Origin: Takakia lepidozioides
Taxonomy: Eukaryota > Plantae > Bryophyta
DNA length: 64,000 bases
Direction: 5' to 3'
Assembly (NCBI GenBank): GCA_030704615.1
Contig: CM060732.1
Location: 66,030,001-66,094,000 of the forward strand
Shown: positions 27,121 through 40,743 of the stretch, one piece after another
Layout: each line of letters opens with the position of its first letter
How positions within the stretch are numbered: position 1 is the stretch's first letter
Notes under the pieces: model-generated
The model's input: the letters and a program-made list of their open reading frames with translations, nothing else
What the model was told of the DNA's origin: nothing
Database searches by the model: none
Position numbers and translations under genes: made by a program

Positions 27121-28779
27121 TGTAAAAGTGGCGACCAAGACTAAACTAAGCTTCCATAGATAGTCTTTTTAGCTTCTATAGTCTTTTTCAATCCTCCCCT
27201 CTGATGATAGGGAGAGGTTTCTTCCATTTGTATTAGACACTATGTAGTCTCGTAGGCTGTTTACTGTCGTGCTCTCCTCCTTGGCATTTTGACCTAGATC
27301 CAGGGTCAGTCACTTGGGTTCTTCCCTGCTTCTTGAATCTTTGCATTTTCGGTCCTTACTATTCAAAGTGTTAGTACCACTCTTCGGATTTATCCGTCAC
27401 GGTCTCGTGTGTTAGGGCCTTATGGCGGCCTTCGGGCCTATAAGGGTTTTAACTTTTTTCCCTTCAATAATCTTAATAAAGCTCTCCAGGGCAACTTACT
27501 CCCTTTTACTAAAAAAAGGAAAAATAAAAAATAAAAAATAATCTTTGATTCTCTGCTAAGGTTTTCATTTTATTTTTATTTTTAACATTTCGGTTATTGC
27601 CTCCTTCAGCCCTATATGTCATCTCTTCATTGAGAAACCCGCCCAACATTGAAGTAAACCATCCAAACAAAAACATATTTAAGAATCAAATTTATCTGCA
27701 ATCACTTCTTTTTTGGCAATGATCTTGGACTATTTATTTAACATGCATTACATGAATTGGCAAGACATATCTTTCTTCTTACACTTATTCATTCAATCCA
27801 CATTGCAACTCTTGTAATCTGATCTCTGAGAAAGACAATCATCAAGAAAATACACGCAAAAGTGGTATGATTTTCGTAGAACATGGAGAATATGATAGTC
27901 TATACACACCCTGGGTACAAATATCATACCTTCAATGTTCTGCATCAGTTGGTTCAAATATCGAGCCAACAATTTTTTTTTTTGGCAGTAACCACATTCT
28001 CTTCCTTTGCACCAAAGTGGAATGTGGTCTATGATTAGGTGGTATCTCAAAATTTTAAATGTGACGATTACTATGTTTGCCAGCAAATTGAGCCTAACCT
28101 TTATGAGTGGGCTGAGTTCCTCATCCCGTAAGCCTCGGCAATTGGCAATGGGATGGTGATTCAATAAATTATATGATTACGTCGAGAATGTAATATAGTA
28201 AGTGGATATGATCAACTTGAGACTCAAGTATAAGGTTGAAAGGTTTCTCAACAAATGGTTTGTTATAATTATATCGTATGTTCAATTAGAAAAACCTTGC
28301 ATTCATGCTCTCTTAGGTCCTTAGATACATCTCTCCTAATTTGTTTTGAATCATCCTAGCTCATAGCTCGTCTTCAACCATCCCAGCTTTGTAATATTGC
28401 TACATTGCGTTCAGTAGTGGCATCATGTACATAGTTCATGTAAAAGATGGTGGATGTTTTATGCCAAAATATTGTATAGCACAAATAGGTAAAATACTAG
28501 CTATGGATTTGTGTCAGGACTAGGGAAGTGATGGAGGGTGAAAGCAAGGATAATAAGAAAGCATGAGATACACGGAGGCCCTGCCATTGTTTTACTGATG
28601 TGAAGTTTTATGAAATGATGTTACGGCTAATAATAATGTATCTTAATTTTGAAGTGATTATGAAGTGACGTTGCATTTTAAAATGAAACGTTGTGTGTTT
28701 GAGTATGACGTATATTTATAATGAATTATCATGGAACATAAAATGATTGATAAAGTCGGGAAGTTTGAAAGCTAAATAA

Positions 28780-29150
28780 ATTGGTTTATGATCTGTCCAA
28801 TATTCTTCAGTAGATCCACATTTGAATGGGGATATTGTTGCATCTGTCCAAATATGATCTAATTGAAATTGGTAATCGGTTGTGTGTTCCGAGAATAGTA
28901 ATTAAAAATTTGTGATTATGCATGTAATTTTGAAATTATATTTTTTCTGGATTGTTTCCTAATATGTCAATGTTGAAATCCCCAATGAATGTTTGTCGGG
29001 CAATGACGTGGTATCTTAGATGTAATTCATGCAAGTGTAGTAGAAATAGTTGTAAAGGATTTTAGGGGGGATTACATATTGCAATTATATGAATTGTTAT
29101 TCTGAATGAGGAATGTATACTCTTGTACATCTTGAGAAAATTGTCAGATG
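28780..29150 (-). pseudogene. EEP/AP-like endonuclease C-terminal part (Helitron/Helentron type)
   Basis: Manual minus-strand translation: IHIIAICNPP, FIGDFNID, QLDHIWT, YWTDHKP. Confidence 0.75.
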
Positions 29151-29226
29151 GGTTGCGGAGTACAGTTCAGAACGAAATCAAATGCGATAGCAAGCTAATT
29201 TTGTGTATAAAATTCAGAGACAACCA

Positions 29227-30174
29227 TCAATCAATATAGACATCTGGATTTACAAGTCCATAGTGCTGGTCGTCAAAAGAGCGTGGACCTCGTTTGTAAT
29301 CGTCATGGAAGAAAATCTCCGTCACACCGTCAATCTCAGTTTCCATTGCCATTAGCATAGTGCGCCATAGAGCCTCACACATGCGCAAGTTCATCCCATT
29401 TCGCAAACCCGATGCGTAGAATTTATTTGATTTTAACATTGCCAACAAGTAGCCTAAGAATGTGCCTATCAGTTGTTTTCTAGAACGCTGGTGAAGGTGA
29501 TAGATGAACGCCCTCTCAAAAACATTAGAGGGTGTTAAACATACCCGATATTTAGCTCCGCATTACCATATAATGCGTACATTTATTTGCCCTCTTCCAT
29601 GTCATGGGCTGTAACGTTGTGACCGAAAAACTTAAAATGTGGCTGACCAAGGTCTTTTAGACAGTAGCCTAACATACCTTTCCACGTATACAGACGGACC
29701 TGCCGTAGTTTTTTGCACATGACAATGTGTCCCGCCGATGGGCAAAGATCCCATCCTAGAGAATCTTTTATAAGTTTGTTCACTTGGATGATGCTCGTAG
29801 TTACAATTCAAATGACCATCTAAAAATGCAAGTGGGACATGGTACCGCCGCGTTCCACCGCAAAAAACCCGGCAAGGCATTTTTCTTGGACAAACTTTTT
29901 TAACAATTCGACAAAGAGATCAAGTTGTATGTCGGATCCTCTGTCGCCTACAGTACAAGAGACCTCAAATAGTTTTGATGCACCTTTCTCTGTTGCCGGA
30001 AGTTAGGGTTCTGCTTCTGCTTCTGCTTTCATTACTTCCATCCTCGCCTACACCGCCTATACGCGTACCGTCAGTTGCACTCCCTGCCTGGTCTGGTCCA
30101 GTGCTCGTCATACAGCTGCCTGCCCGCGCTAAAAATGGTAAGCGGCTAGGCGGATGCGTTCTAGGGGACCCCAT
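29227..30174 (-). mobile_element. Replitron HUH endonuclease transposase, pseudogenised
   Basis: Manual translation FEVSCTVGDRGSDI...CLAGFFAVERGGTMSHLHF*...VNKLIKDSLGW...VMCKKL..LYTWKGMLGYCLKD (HUH plus YxxK), then CLTPSNVFERAF..MLKSNKFY..GMN..ALW..EIFF. No helicase attached. Confidence 0.8.
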
Positions 30175-31829
30175 CTAGAACGTTCTGGATTTTAGAAGTT
30201 TTCAGAACTATGTGCCCACATTGCGGCATGTGGCACCCGAGTGGGGCCCATGCCATTTACCACTTGGCCTAGAATGCACACTGCCACTTCTATTCGGACT
30301 ATCGCTTAAGCGTCGGCTGACCTTTCGCCGATTTGATTATTTGTTTGGGGCAGATATTCTTGTATAAATGTTAAATGTTGATGATATGAATTCAGCTCCA
30401 TTGTATATAAGATTCTGCGCTCAATAATTTGTGAAGTTTAAAGCGAAGAATAACGACCTTCTTCATGTTCTTGATGCAGATATAAAATTTATGATGGATA
30501 AATTGTTGGATTTTTTCCAATATTTTGTGGGACAATATCGTCTCAAACGCTTGGTAGGATAGGTTATCGTGCATTTGGCAATGACCTTGGATGACCAACC
30601 TGGGATTACAACAAATGGTAATTCTATTCAAACTCATATTTGTCCTCGTCAGTGGTGTGTAACATGTGATAGAATCTTTGATTTGGATAGTGGCAGAACC
30701 TGTAACATAAACTTTGATTTGGACAGTGACATGTCATTAATATAAGTTTTTGTGTTTATTTGTGTTTTTCAAGATTGGATAAGGTTTTGAGACATCGAAT
30801 GGGTACTATGCTCAAATTGAATTTACACCTAGGAATGAATTTGAAATCTTTTGAGGTAGGTTTGATATATTAATGTCTATAACATCCGAGTTAGATTATG
30901 TTTTTTTGGGAATATTTCCAAAGCTGCTACTCTTTAATTTACTCTAAATCTGATCAAGGAAAATCCCATATATGTTCGAGCACATAGTACTCCAGTACAT
31001 TCTTTGGTAGAAATAACTCAACTTCCACATATTTTTTATACTGGTTTTCAATTGTGGAGTTCCAAAACAATTGGTTGTAATTTATGCATCTTAATCGCAT
31101 TCAATCGGATTATGGGAATACTACCCATCTAGAATGAAGGGACCTAGCACTGCTTTTACCCTATTTTTATCCTATCCATGCGCACCCGGTAGACCTATTA
31201 CGGTGCCCCCATTCTTGCAACCTTGCCCGTAAATTTGATCCTCTCTCTTTCTTGCATTTTTGTCACTTTTATTTCCGTCCATGGATCACTTGTTGGCTGG
31301 CTACAATGTGTCGCGTTGTTTCCACTTAACTTCCTCAGCCTTCTCTAATGGTCGGAGGGGTCGGTCTGCTACCACCAATGTCCATTCCAATCAATTGGTT
31401 TTGCATTCCAGGTTCAACACTGCTAACAAGATAGTAGTCGGTCAAATACCTCTCAGGTATGTGATCAATCGGCTTTCTTGGGATTAATGTGTTGGGGTTT
31501 TCAAGGTCCTACTTGTGTCTTATGTTGTCGAAGGGTTATTACTTGATCCTCATCCTGGTAACATGTGGTATCCTGGACCACATTTGGTCGTTGACATTAG
31601 AGTGGATGGCTAGATTCTCAACATCAATGGCACTTTCTGTCATAGACAATGTAGCAAGAGCAGCACCATCAACCAGAGTAGCAACATCTACACGTCTGAT
31701 GTTGTGGCACCCTTGGGCTAAGAAGTTGCCCGACTGCATCGTTGAGAGTTGTAGCAAACTCATCATTTGCGGATCCGAACACCGTGTTCAAACCGCCTAT
31801 GTTGTTATTGTCGTAGTTGCAATAAATGA

Positions 31830-32300
31830 ATGAAAATTTATAGCTATTGATGATTGTGGACCAATTTGGATCTGAGTGAATATCGTTTATCTCATTGAGA
31901 CACAATATGTGAGATGCTTGAACGTTGGGATCATTTATATCTTTGTAATGTTGCTTTAAAGATCGAGTGTTTAATGAGTGTATAATTAAGAAAGAACGTC
32001 ATAATTATTTTGCATTTGTTTGGAGATTTTTCATTTCATTTGCAACTAACTTGTCCACATGAAAGTTTTCTGGTTCAAGTGGATTCAACAAAAACAAATG
32101 TTTTTTTTTACAGATTCTAGACAATGTTGTATATGTTAAGCCGTGTTTTGTTACACCAAGGTGAGATCAAAAGCTAATCTATCAAGTATTAGCCTTTGTG
32201 CTTGATGTATTGTTCAAGCTGCTACGTATACGAGTAATAATGTGTTGAGAATTGTGACCTATTTGAATTTCTTTTGCTTTGGTTGTTATTGGTATTCACT
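31830..32300 (-). pseudogene. PIF1 helicase C-terminus fused to EEP endonuclease N-terminus (Helitron/Helentron RepHel-EN relic)
   Basis: Manual translation: KEIQIGHNSQHIITR..AA*TIHQAQRLILDRLAFD..GVTKHGLTYTTLSRI (motifs V/VI), then IHSLNTRSLKQHYKDI..SHILCLNE. Confidence 0.75.
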
Positions 32301-34714
32301 GACTACAAGACTCTTCTTCATATAGTGATGATAGATTATCTTCAGACTATTCTTGTTTTCTTATACGATCAGGGAGTCCCGCTTTTTATTCAACTCAGGA
32401 AATTAGTCTAAGACTAAATAGGCAACATAACTTCACAATGAGGTAGAGAGATCGGAGGGCAGTTTTTATAACTGTAGAATCATGAGGAGGAGAGCAACCT
32501 CGTGAGTCCTGACCACCACCAAGGTTATCTTTCATTCAATGGTGTATAGAGCCACTAACTTACAGTGGGAAGCGGATAACTAGTGCCTGTACAAAGAAAG
32601 TAGGCGGTTAGTGCAGAGGACATTTGCGGGGCGCGAGGATCTCATTGGACAAAAAGTAGAGACTTTTTCTTCATCATATAGAAAAAATAGAGATTACGAT
32701 TGAAGAGGATGCGCATGACCCATATTTTGGCAAGAAGTAGCTAGTGGTGCGTTGAACCAATAGACTGGATTCAAACATATCCATGATGTAACACCCTTGT
32801 AATTTTTAGGCGGACAACATATGAAGAAGATACAACAATATATTGTACATCCGTTTCTTTAGGATCAGTAGGCAATTCTTGCAGTCAAGAAATGTCCAAG
32901 CTGTCGAGGTTGAGTACAAATTTATTACATTGGTCCTAAAGCTACGGATCTGTGGTTGGCCCAAAGAATATTTATGAGGGTTCCAACCTAGTTGTAGATT
33001 CCAATTTAGGTGGGAATTCTTCTTGCTTTTGTTTTCTTGAGGCTCGGAGAGCTTTAAAGATAATTAATACAAATACTACTAGTAAAATTACTACATACAT
33101 TTGTATGCCCTCTGTGAAACTATCATCGTCATGTTTGTCTCCCATTGCCGTACACACCTGCAGAAAGATATCCTTGCTTAGGCTAGGGCGTTGTGGTGTG
33201 CTCCACAGCAGGTTTTACTACCAAATAAGACACATGATGCCTTGGTGTCTTTGGGCAATAATACTCCTGATCCAATTTGCGTTGGACAGTTGTGGGCGAT
33301 ACCTAAAAGAAGAACCCTCCCATAGATATCAAAAGCTTAACAAGGACATCCCAAATTGTCGGAATGTGTTAAAATCTGCCTGGCAAAATCATAAGAAGAA
33401 GACTCATACCATTTGTCAAATACAGCTTGCTTGCCGAACATCGTCAGAATAACAATCGCAGCAATGGGTCGTGCCCAGGCAACAACAACGTCACTGGATC
33501 CTGGAGAAAAACATTATCTCCTGCAAATGGTTATGTCCAACGATCTTCGGTACCAGAATTGGTTCAATTGTTCCCGATCTCTCCGTGGAATGCCAGCTTC
33601 AGATGCCATTTGCAAAGGTTGGCGAGAGAGAAAGGAGATATGGAGGGATAAATACTATTTCTTTTGACACCCAAGAGACTTTCTCAACAGATAGAATTCA
33701 TCGACACACTCCACAGTTACTCATTCACACTTGTGGAAATGAGGAACAAGTATTTATCTAGCATTAGTTATTTATTTATTTAGATTTGTGGGCGTCCATG
33801 GTCAGAATCGACAATGGAATGGGCGGGGGAGATGACATTATGCCCGGTTCGCTGCCTGCCTCAAAAAACTCTCGCCCTGCAGGGTTGGCTACTTTTCTTT
33901 GCAGGCAGCTCATAGAGCAGAATGTCATTTGCTGGCCCATTCCATAATACAACAAAGATTCTGAAAAACGGAGAAAAATGAAAAATGAAAAATGAAAAAA
34001 AAAAAAAAAAAAAAAAAAAACAAGAAGAAAACTAGAGAAGTTTTGTTTCATTTTGGATGATATATCCAATATTAACCTTGAAAATCTTATAATATTTGCA
34101 ATACTAGCTCTATCGAAGGTGCTCTGCACACTAAAGATATATATCAAATGGATAATTCTCAAACCATTAGTTAGTTTAACGTATCTGATGGTCTTCAAAA
34201 TTTCAAAATGTTTTGGATATAATGTCACTATTTACATCGCTGTAAGAAAATTGTTAAAGATGAAGATAGTGACAATATATCCTTGTTTGTAACTATCATC
34301 CACTGAGCAAGCGATTGTTCAAAGCCGTATATGTGCACTATTGCCAACCTCTACATGTGGCTTTGAACCCATGACCACCTTAGGCAGCCTTGTGGCCTCA
34401 CCATTGGGCCATCATTCTCATTAGGCTGAGGACCATGAGTGTGCACCTTTGTCTACCAAGTTCCTCAAAATCTATAAAACCCTAGTTTTGTTAGCATACT
34501 CTGCTATATATATAAAGGATCACCATTTTTTTTAGTCTTTTCCCAACGAATCAAAGTTGCTGTTCAATTCCTTAGGAGGAAAAAAAAGCCAAAAAGGAAA
34601 AAAACCGCAACAACAATGTTAAAAACATGTATTTTTACTTAAGTTTTAAAACAAGTCCTTATTATTTAAAGTTTTGCCGTTCAATCATATGAAACCTGAC
34701 CTCTTTAATGGTTA

Positions 34715-35337
34715 CTAGGGTAGCCTGTGCCGGTCCAAGTGTCCAAGTGCAATCCCCTATGTATCCAACTCTGTCTCGTATGTTGAGGCCCATGTGTGAA
34801 GAATTTGCTATTTCTCACGAATTGCTAGTGCAATCTCTAGTGTCATTCCAACGCTTACTAATTTTGTAATTTAGTTGAATTGTCAGCGACCAAAATTGTT
34901 CCTATTTCTATAGTTTTCGACCCCTAGGTCCAAATTTTGTGAAACCAAGTCGGTGCACCCCTACTCATGGAGGGTTTTCCAACGGTACCAAGCACCAGGG
35001 CTATCTAAACCCAAGTGCAACCTCGAGTGTCCTTCCAACAAATGATTTTGTAATTTATGAATTTTCAGCGACCAAACTTGTCTATAATTGGATAAGTCTC
35101 AGGCCAATCATTGTTGGAGGAAAGCCCACTTTGCTGTTTTTCCCGAATTTCCAGCAACCAAAAATACTTGAAATTCCACATCCCCCACACTGCGGGTCCA
35201 AAAATCATAAGACCAAGCCGGTGCACCCCTCCTCACCGAGGGCTTTCCAATGGTACCAAGCACTAGGTCTGGGCCCGCGGTTTGGGACATCTCAAGCTAC
35301 AAAACAAACAAACAAACTACCTTGCTTCATATATTGA
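34715..35337 (-). mobile_element. Non-autonomous Helitron-like element
   Basis: On minus it starts a|TCaatatatgaagc and ends ..gcacaggctaccCTAG|t (A^T target); internal duplication 34927-34997 vs 35195-35265. Confidence 0.5.
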
Positions 35338-37299
35338 TGTTTTTGGCCTCCTACCAAAAATCCATGGATTTTCCAATGTAAATTCGTTTCATCTCGGCTA
35401 GTTTGATATATTAATGTCAGTTTGAATGTGCAAATGTCTTCCTAAGTACTATTTAAGCCACTAATAGGTGGTAATGAGCTATTGTATCCAACTCTTTATA
35501 CAAATCGCTTTGAGAAGTTTGCCGCTGCAATTAAATGTTGATTTTTTATTTATTTTTACTTAGATGTAGGGGTTTCTTTCAAACCTTGCATAATCACATA
35601 ACTTGTGTACATTAAACCCGCTAGAAGGTTTGTAGTTTGTACGCAAATTAATTTTTAAAATCAATACATTAAAATTATTAATTAGTCAAATTACAGTACA
35701 TTCACTGCTATTTGTCAAAAGTTATACATCTAAAATAATATTCTCAATTATAGATGTCAAATGTCTAGATGAATGTGTAAGTCCTAGAAATCAAGTAGTC
35801 TAACAATTCACGACAATAGTGAAATACGTAACAAATACCTAGCAACTTGAGTGCTATGTTAACTATATAGCTAGTAGTAGACATAGAGACCAAGGGGTGC
35901 AGTAGCTACAAGATGAAATGGCTCTAAGTTACACTGGATTCTGCGTAGTCTTGTAAGTAATATTAGTGAAAATGATAGTGAAATATCACTAGTCAGAGAA
36001 CCCATGATCTATTGTAGTCTGAAATATCATCCAATGATGGGCCGTTTAACGTTGGGCTCCCTCTACTTCTTCACTTGTGTTTTCCCACCAGGCATACTGC
36101 AATAGCCTATTGTTCTAATAGGGCAAGGGTGCCTAGCTGATAATTAGTGTCATGCTTTGGTACTGTTCTACAAACTTCAGATTTCTGTCGGATATCCTAA
36201 AAGTCATGTTTGTACTACATCTAGTGTATAGAGCGACGGTTAATGTAGGACCATATCATTGGAAGGCAGTAGCCCTTCCGGGTCAAGAGACACCATAATT
36301 TATGCTTCCTTCTGGACTCGGCGTCATATATATATACATATAAAGAGAAGGGTTTATTATATGTATATTATTAGGACCATATTAGCAAATTGATTCTCCC
36401 ATTGAGTGCCAACTTCTGGAAATTCCAACAAACTGTCATAAATTGTTGTTGCATACTTTTTGTTTCGTGAATTTCATTTTGCTCACTAGATGAAAATCTC
36501 ATTTTTTGAATTATTTTTTTGTTTCAATGTTTTTTTTTAAATTGTCTTTTAAGGGAAACACCTGGGAGCGACAGCTCACAAATCAATGTTTGCATTGTTG
36601 CTGCAAGATTCTAAGCCTTTCTACTTGGTTTGATTGTGCTCATTAAATATGATGATACCAATTACAGGAAATACTAGACACGAAGTACAAAGACACCTCA
36701 TGTCTAATTTGAGGCATCTCTAATCCATTATTTACTTCCTGGCTACTAGCCGAGCGAGAGATAGACTGGCAAACCTGCCGTCTAAAGTATCTTCAGGTAC
36801 TTACTTCATGTAATTACTTTTATTTACTTGTATTACTTACCTTCAGAGTATTATTTACAGCCAAGTATTTAGAAAGATAAATATAAAGTTACTTTAACGT
36901 CGAGTGAATTTACAGAGCCTACTGTTCAACACGCAGGCCATCGGGGGCCCAATGGACAGTCTGAAGGCACATGTTGAAGGATTGAACCAAGGATCACCCA
37001 CGTGCACAGGCAAGGCACAAACACCCAACCACTATGCCCGCTAGGTACCTGCTCAAGTGTAGGTAGGAACAAAGAAACAACGACCGGCTTTCACCCGTCC
37101 AGTGTCCCTTTGTTGTCACCTAGTTCTAGTGATGACCGAAGGTCGGAAGCTAGTTTAGCGTAGAGCAGGAATAGGGTGCCATAGTGCCACGTCATCGTCA
37201 CCACGTTTCGTCGTCAAGTCATCGTAGACACGTCATCGTCGTTGTCAATTTCTTTGGAACCTGCCTGAAATGCCCGAAAAGTAGCGCGGGGAAGGGATG

Positions 37300-38945
37300 C
37301 CCCCGCGTGCTCGAGCTTCTGAAAGAGGATCGAGAGAGGGAGTCCACAATGTCTCTTCTAGTACTTCTGCGCATGTGAAGATGTTTTGTGAGGCAGGCAA
37401 ACTGACAAAGGCTCTACAGACTTTAAACCAAGGAGGCATTCAAATACCTATGTCTGTCTCTTGCTTAAGTGCATCAAGATGAAAGGTCTGGAAGCTGGAA
37501 AGCAGGTGCACACGCACATTATCCAAAGTGGATTCACGCCAAATGTTTTTCTACTCAACACCTCTGTCAACATGTACGTTAAGGGCGGCAGCATCATGGA
37601 TGCTCACCAAGCATTCAACAGAATGCCTCAACGATCTTGATCACGTGGAATATAATGTTGGCAGGATTTACCAAGCATGGGTGTGGTAGGAATGCTTTTG
37701 AGACCTATGAGCAGATTCTGCGCAAAGGGGTGAAGCCCAACCACATCAGATTTGTTTGTGTTTGCAATGCGTGTGCAAGCCTGGGAGCTCTGGAAAAGGG
37801 GAAAGAGATCCATGGTGAATCCCTGTTAGATGACAGAGAGTAGCAGACGCAATTCAGCATAGGAACTAGTGTGATTGGGTGTTTCCTAGGTTGTCATTGT
37901 CAGCTGCTAGCAGCAAGGGAAAAGATGAATGCATGATTTGTGCAGAGGCATGGATTTTGGCATTTGATGCCAAAATGCCGAAATGAGACGTGGTCTCTTG
38001 GACTGCAATAATTGCAGGATGTACTGAGCAAGGGCATGGTGAAGAGGCATTTGAACTCTTTGGGCAAATGCCACAAGAAGGTGTAGAGCCCGACAAGGTC
38101 ACTCTCATTTGAATCCTCAAAAGGTGTGCCAGCCCAGCAGCTCTAGGGCAGGGCAAGGGGCTTCATGCCCACATTGTCAAAGCTGGATTTGAATCAGATG
38201 TTTATGTAGGAACTAGCCTTGTCCATATGTATGCCAAGTGTGGGAGTTTGGTGGATGCGCAAAAGATGTTTGAAAAATATCTAGGCGAGATGTGATTTCA
38301 TGGAATGCTCACGGAAGAGGCATTTCAGCTCTTTCGGCAAATGCAACTAGAAGGCGTGATGGTCCATGCCCATATCATTGAAGTTGGCTTTGAGTCAGAT
38401 GTCCGTGTGGGAAACACCCTTCTCAGCATGTATGTCAAGTGTGGGAGTCTGGTGGATGCATGCCGAGTCTTTAACAATATGCCTGAATAAGATGTGGTTT
38501 CATGGAATGCAATGATTGCAGGATACATTCAGCAAGGGCGCAGTGAAGAGGCATTTGAACTCTTCTGGCAAATGCAACGAGTAGGTATGAAGCCTGACAA
38601 GCTCACATTTGTTACCATCCTCAACGCTTGCACCGGCCACCAGCACTGGAACAGAATAGGCGTGTACATGCCCACATCACATAAGGTGGAGTTGAGGCAA
38701 TTGTCTGTTTAGGGAATGCCCTTGTCAACATGTATGCCAGGTGTGGAAGCGTGGTGGATGCGCGGAGAGTGTTTGATGCTTCCATAATTACAGCAACAGG
38801 AGCTAGCTGAATGCATTCTAGGACGCATGTTCTGAAATTAGAACCACAAAATGCTGCTGTCAAATATTTATGCTGCAACTTAGATGTGGACAATCTAGAA
38901 AAGACCAGAAAATTGATGGAGGATAGAAGTCTAAAAAAGCTGGCA
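37300..38945 (+). pseudogene. PLS PPR gene fragments: N-terminal leader, P/L/S repeats, partial E domain
   Basis: CEAGKLTKALQTL, LITWNIMLAGFTKHG, VSWTAIIAG, VSWNAMIAGYIQQG, LKLEPQNAA..TRKLMEDRSLKKLAG. Confidence 0.85.
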
Positions 38946-38953
38946 GGGCGAAG

Positions 38954-40690
38954 AACAGTGTGCGGCAACGCACACTGTTTGAGCCCCCTTTTTTGCTGTT
39001 TTTTGATGTGAAAATCGGGCTTGTGAGGGCCACTCTGACAGGTTGAATCCAACCCTTATTCGAAGCTCAAATAGTGTGCGGCAACGCACACTGTTTGAGC
39101 CCCCTTATTTGCTTGTTTTTTGATGTGAAATTCGGGCACCTAGGGCCACTCTAGCAGGTTGAATCCAACCCTTATTGGAAGCTCAAACAGTGTGCGGCAA
39201 CGCACACTATTATGAGCCCCCTCTCTGCTTGTTTTTTTTATGTGAAAATCGGGCCCTTAGGGCCACTTTGGTAGGTTGAATCCACCCCGAATTGGAAGCT
39301 CAAATAGTGTGTGGCAACGCACACTGTTTGTGCCCCGTTCACTGCCTGTTTTTTTATTTGAAAATCGGCCACTCAGTGCCACTATGCCATGTTCAAAGCA
39401 CCCCTTATTGGAAGCTCAAATAGTGTGCGGCAACGCACACTGTTTGAGCCCCCTTTTTTGCTGTTTTTTAATGTGAAAATCGGGCTTGTGTTGGCCACTC
39501 TGACAGGTTGAATCCAACCCTTATTCGAAGCTCAAACAGTGTGCGGCATCGCACACTGTTTGAGCCCCCTTATTTGCTTGTTTTTTTATGTGAAATTCGG
39601 GCACCTAGGGCCACTCTGGCAGGTTGAATCCAACTGTTATTGGAAGCTCAAAAAGTGTGCGGCAACGCACACTATTTTGAGCCCCCCTCTCTGCTTGTTT
39701 TTTGATGTGAAAATCGGGCCCTTAGGGCCACTTTGGTAGGTTGAATCCACCCCGAATTGGAAGCTCAAATAGTGTGCGACAACGCACACTGTTTGTGCCC
39801 CGTTCACTGCGTGTTTTTTTATTTGAAAATTGGCCACTCAGTGCCACTATGCCATGTTCAAATCACCCCTTATTGGAAGCTCAAACAGTGTGCGGCAACA
39901 CACACTGTTTGAGCCCCCTTTTTTGTTGTTTTTTAATGTGAAAATCGGGCTTGTGAGGGCCACTCTGACAGGTTGAATCCAATCCTTTTTCGAAGCTCAA
40001 ACAATGTGCGGCATCGCACACTATTTTGAGCCCCCTCTCTGCTTGTTTTTTGATGTGAAAATCGGGCCCTTAGGGCCACTTTGGTAGGTTGAATCCACCC
40101 CGAATTGGAAGCTCAAATAGTGTGCGGCAATGCACACTGTTTGTGCCCCGTTCATTGCCTGTTTTTTGATTTGAAAATCGGTCACTCAGTGCCACTTTGC
40201 CATGTTCAAATCACCCCTTATTGGAAGCTCAAAGAGTGTGCGGCAACACACACTATTTGAGCCCCCTTTTTTGCTTGTTTTTTTAATGTGAAAATTGGGC
40301 TTGTGAGGGCCACTGTGGCAGGTTGAATCCAACCCTTATTCGAAGCTCAAATAGTGTGCGGCAATGCACATTGTTTTGAGCCCCCTCTCCGCTTGTTTTT
40401 TGATGTGAAATTGGGCCGAACAGGGCCAGTATGCATGCTCAGTACACCCATAGTTGGAAGCACGAACAATGTGCGGCAACGCACACTGTTTGTGCCCCCT
40501 TCTTGGCCCCCTCTCTGCCTGTTTTTTTATGTGGTACTGTGCCACATAGGGCCAAATGTCATGTTCAAAACACCCCTATTTGGAAGTTGAAACAGTGTGC
40601 GGCAACACACTCTGTTTTCGGCCCCAACACTGCTTGTTTTCTGATGAGAGATTGGGCCACACAGGGCCTGTCTGCCATGCTCAAAACACC
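38954..40690. repeat. 116-bp tandem array (15 units), each with a palindrome of up to 16-bp arms around a GCAA loop; higher-order 4-mer period
   Basis: Consensus gctcaaacagtgtgcg-gcaa-cgcacactgtttgagc. Loops at 38965, 39081, 39197, 39314, 39430, 39546, 39662, 39779, 39895, 40011, 40127, 40243, 40361, 40476, 40602. Confidence 0.95.
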
Positions 40691-40743
40691 ATCGTTTTTT
40701 TATTGCCTCTCTCTTATATCAATTTGAATGAAGAACCCTGCAG

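Noticed and set aside
27405-27452. Replitron terminus at the small ggcc-ttcg-ggcc hairpin
   Set aside because: It is separated from the Replitron ORF by the EEP relic and I could not find a matching terminal repeat at the other end.
34360-34412. tRNA genes here and at about 36975-37040, 48605-48662, 49023-49085
   Set aside because: Only A/B-box-like motifs; no coherent cloverleaf. More likely SINE- or repeat-derived.
38954-40690. CRISPR array (36-bp palindromic repeats at regular spacing)
   Set aside because: The intervening sequences are homologous to each other and cycle with a 4-unit period; no cas genes; eukaryotic context.
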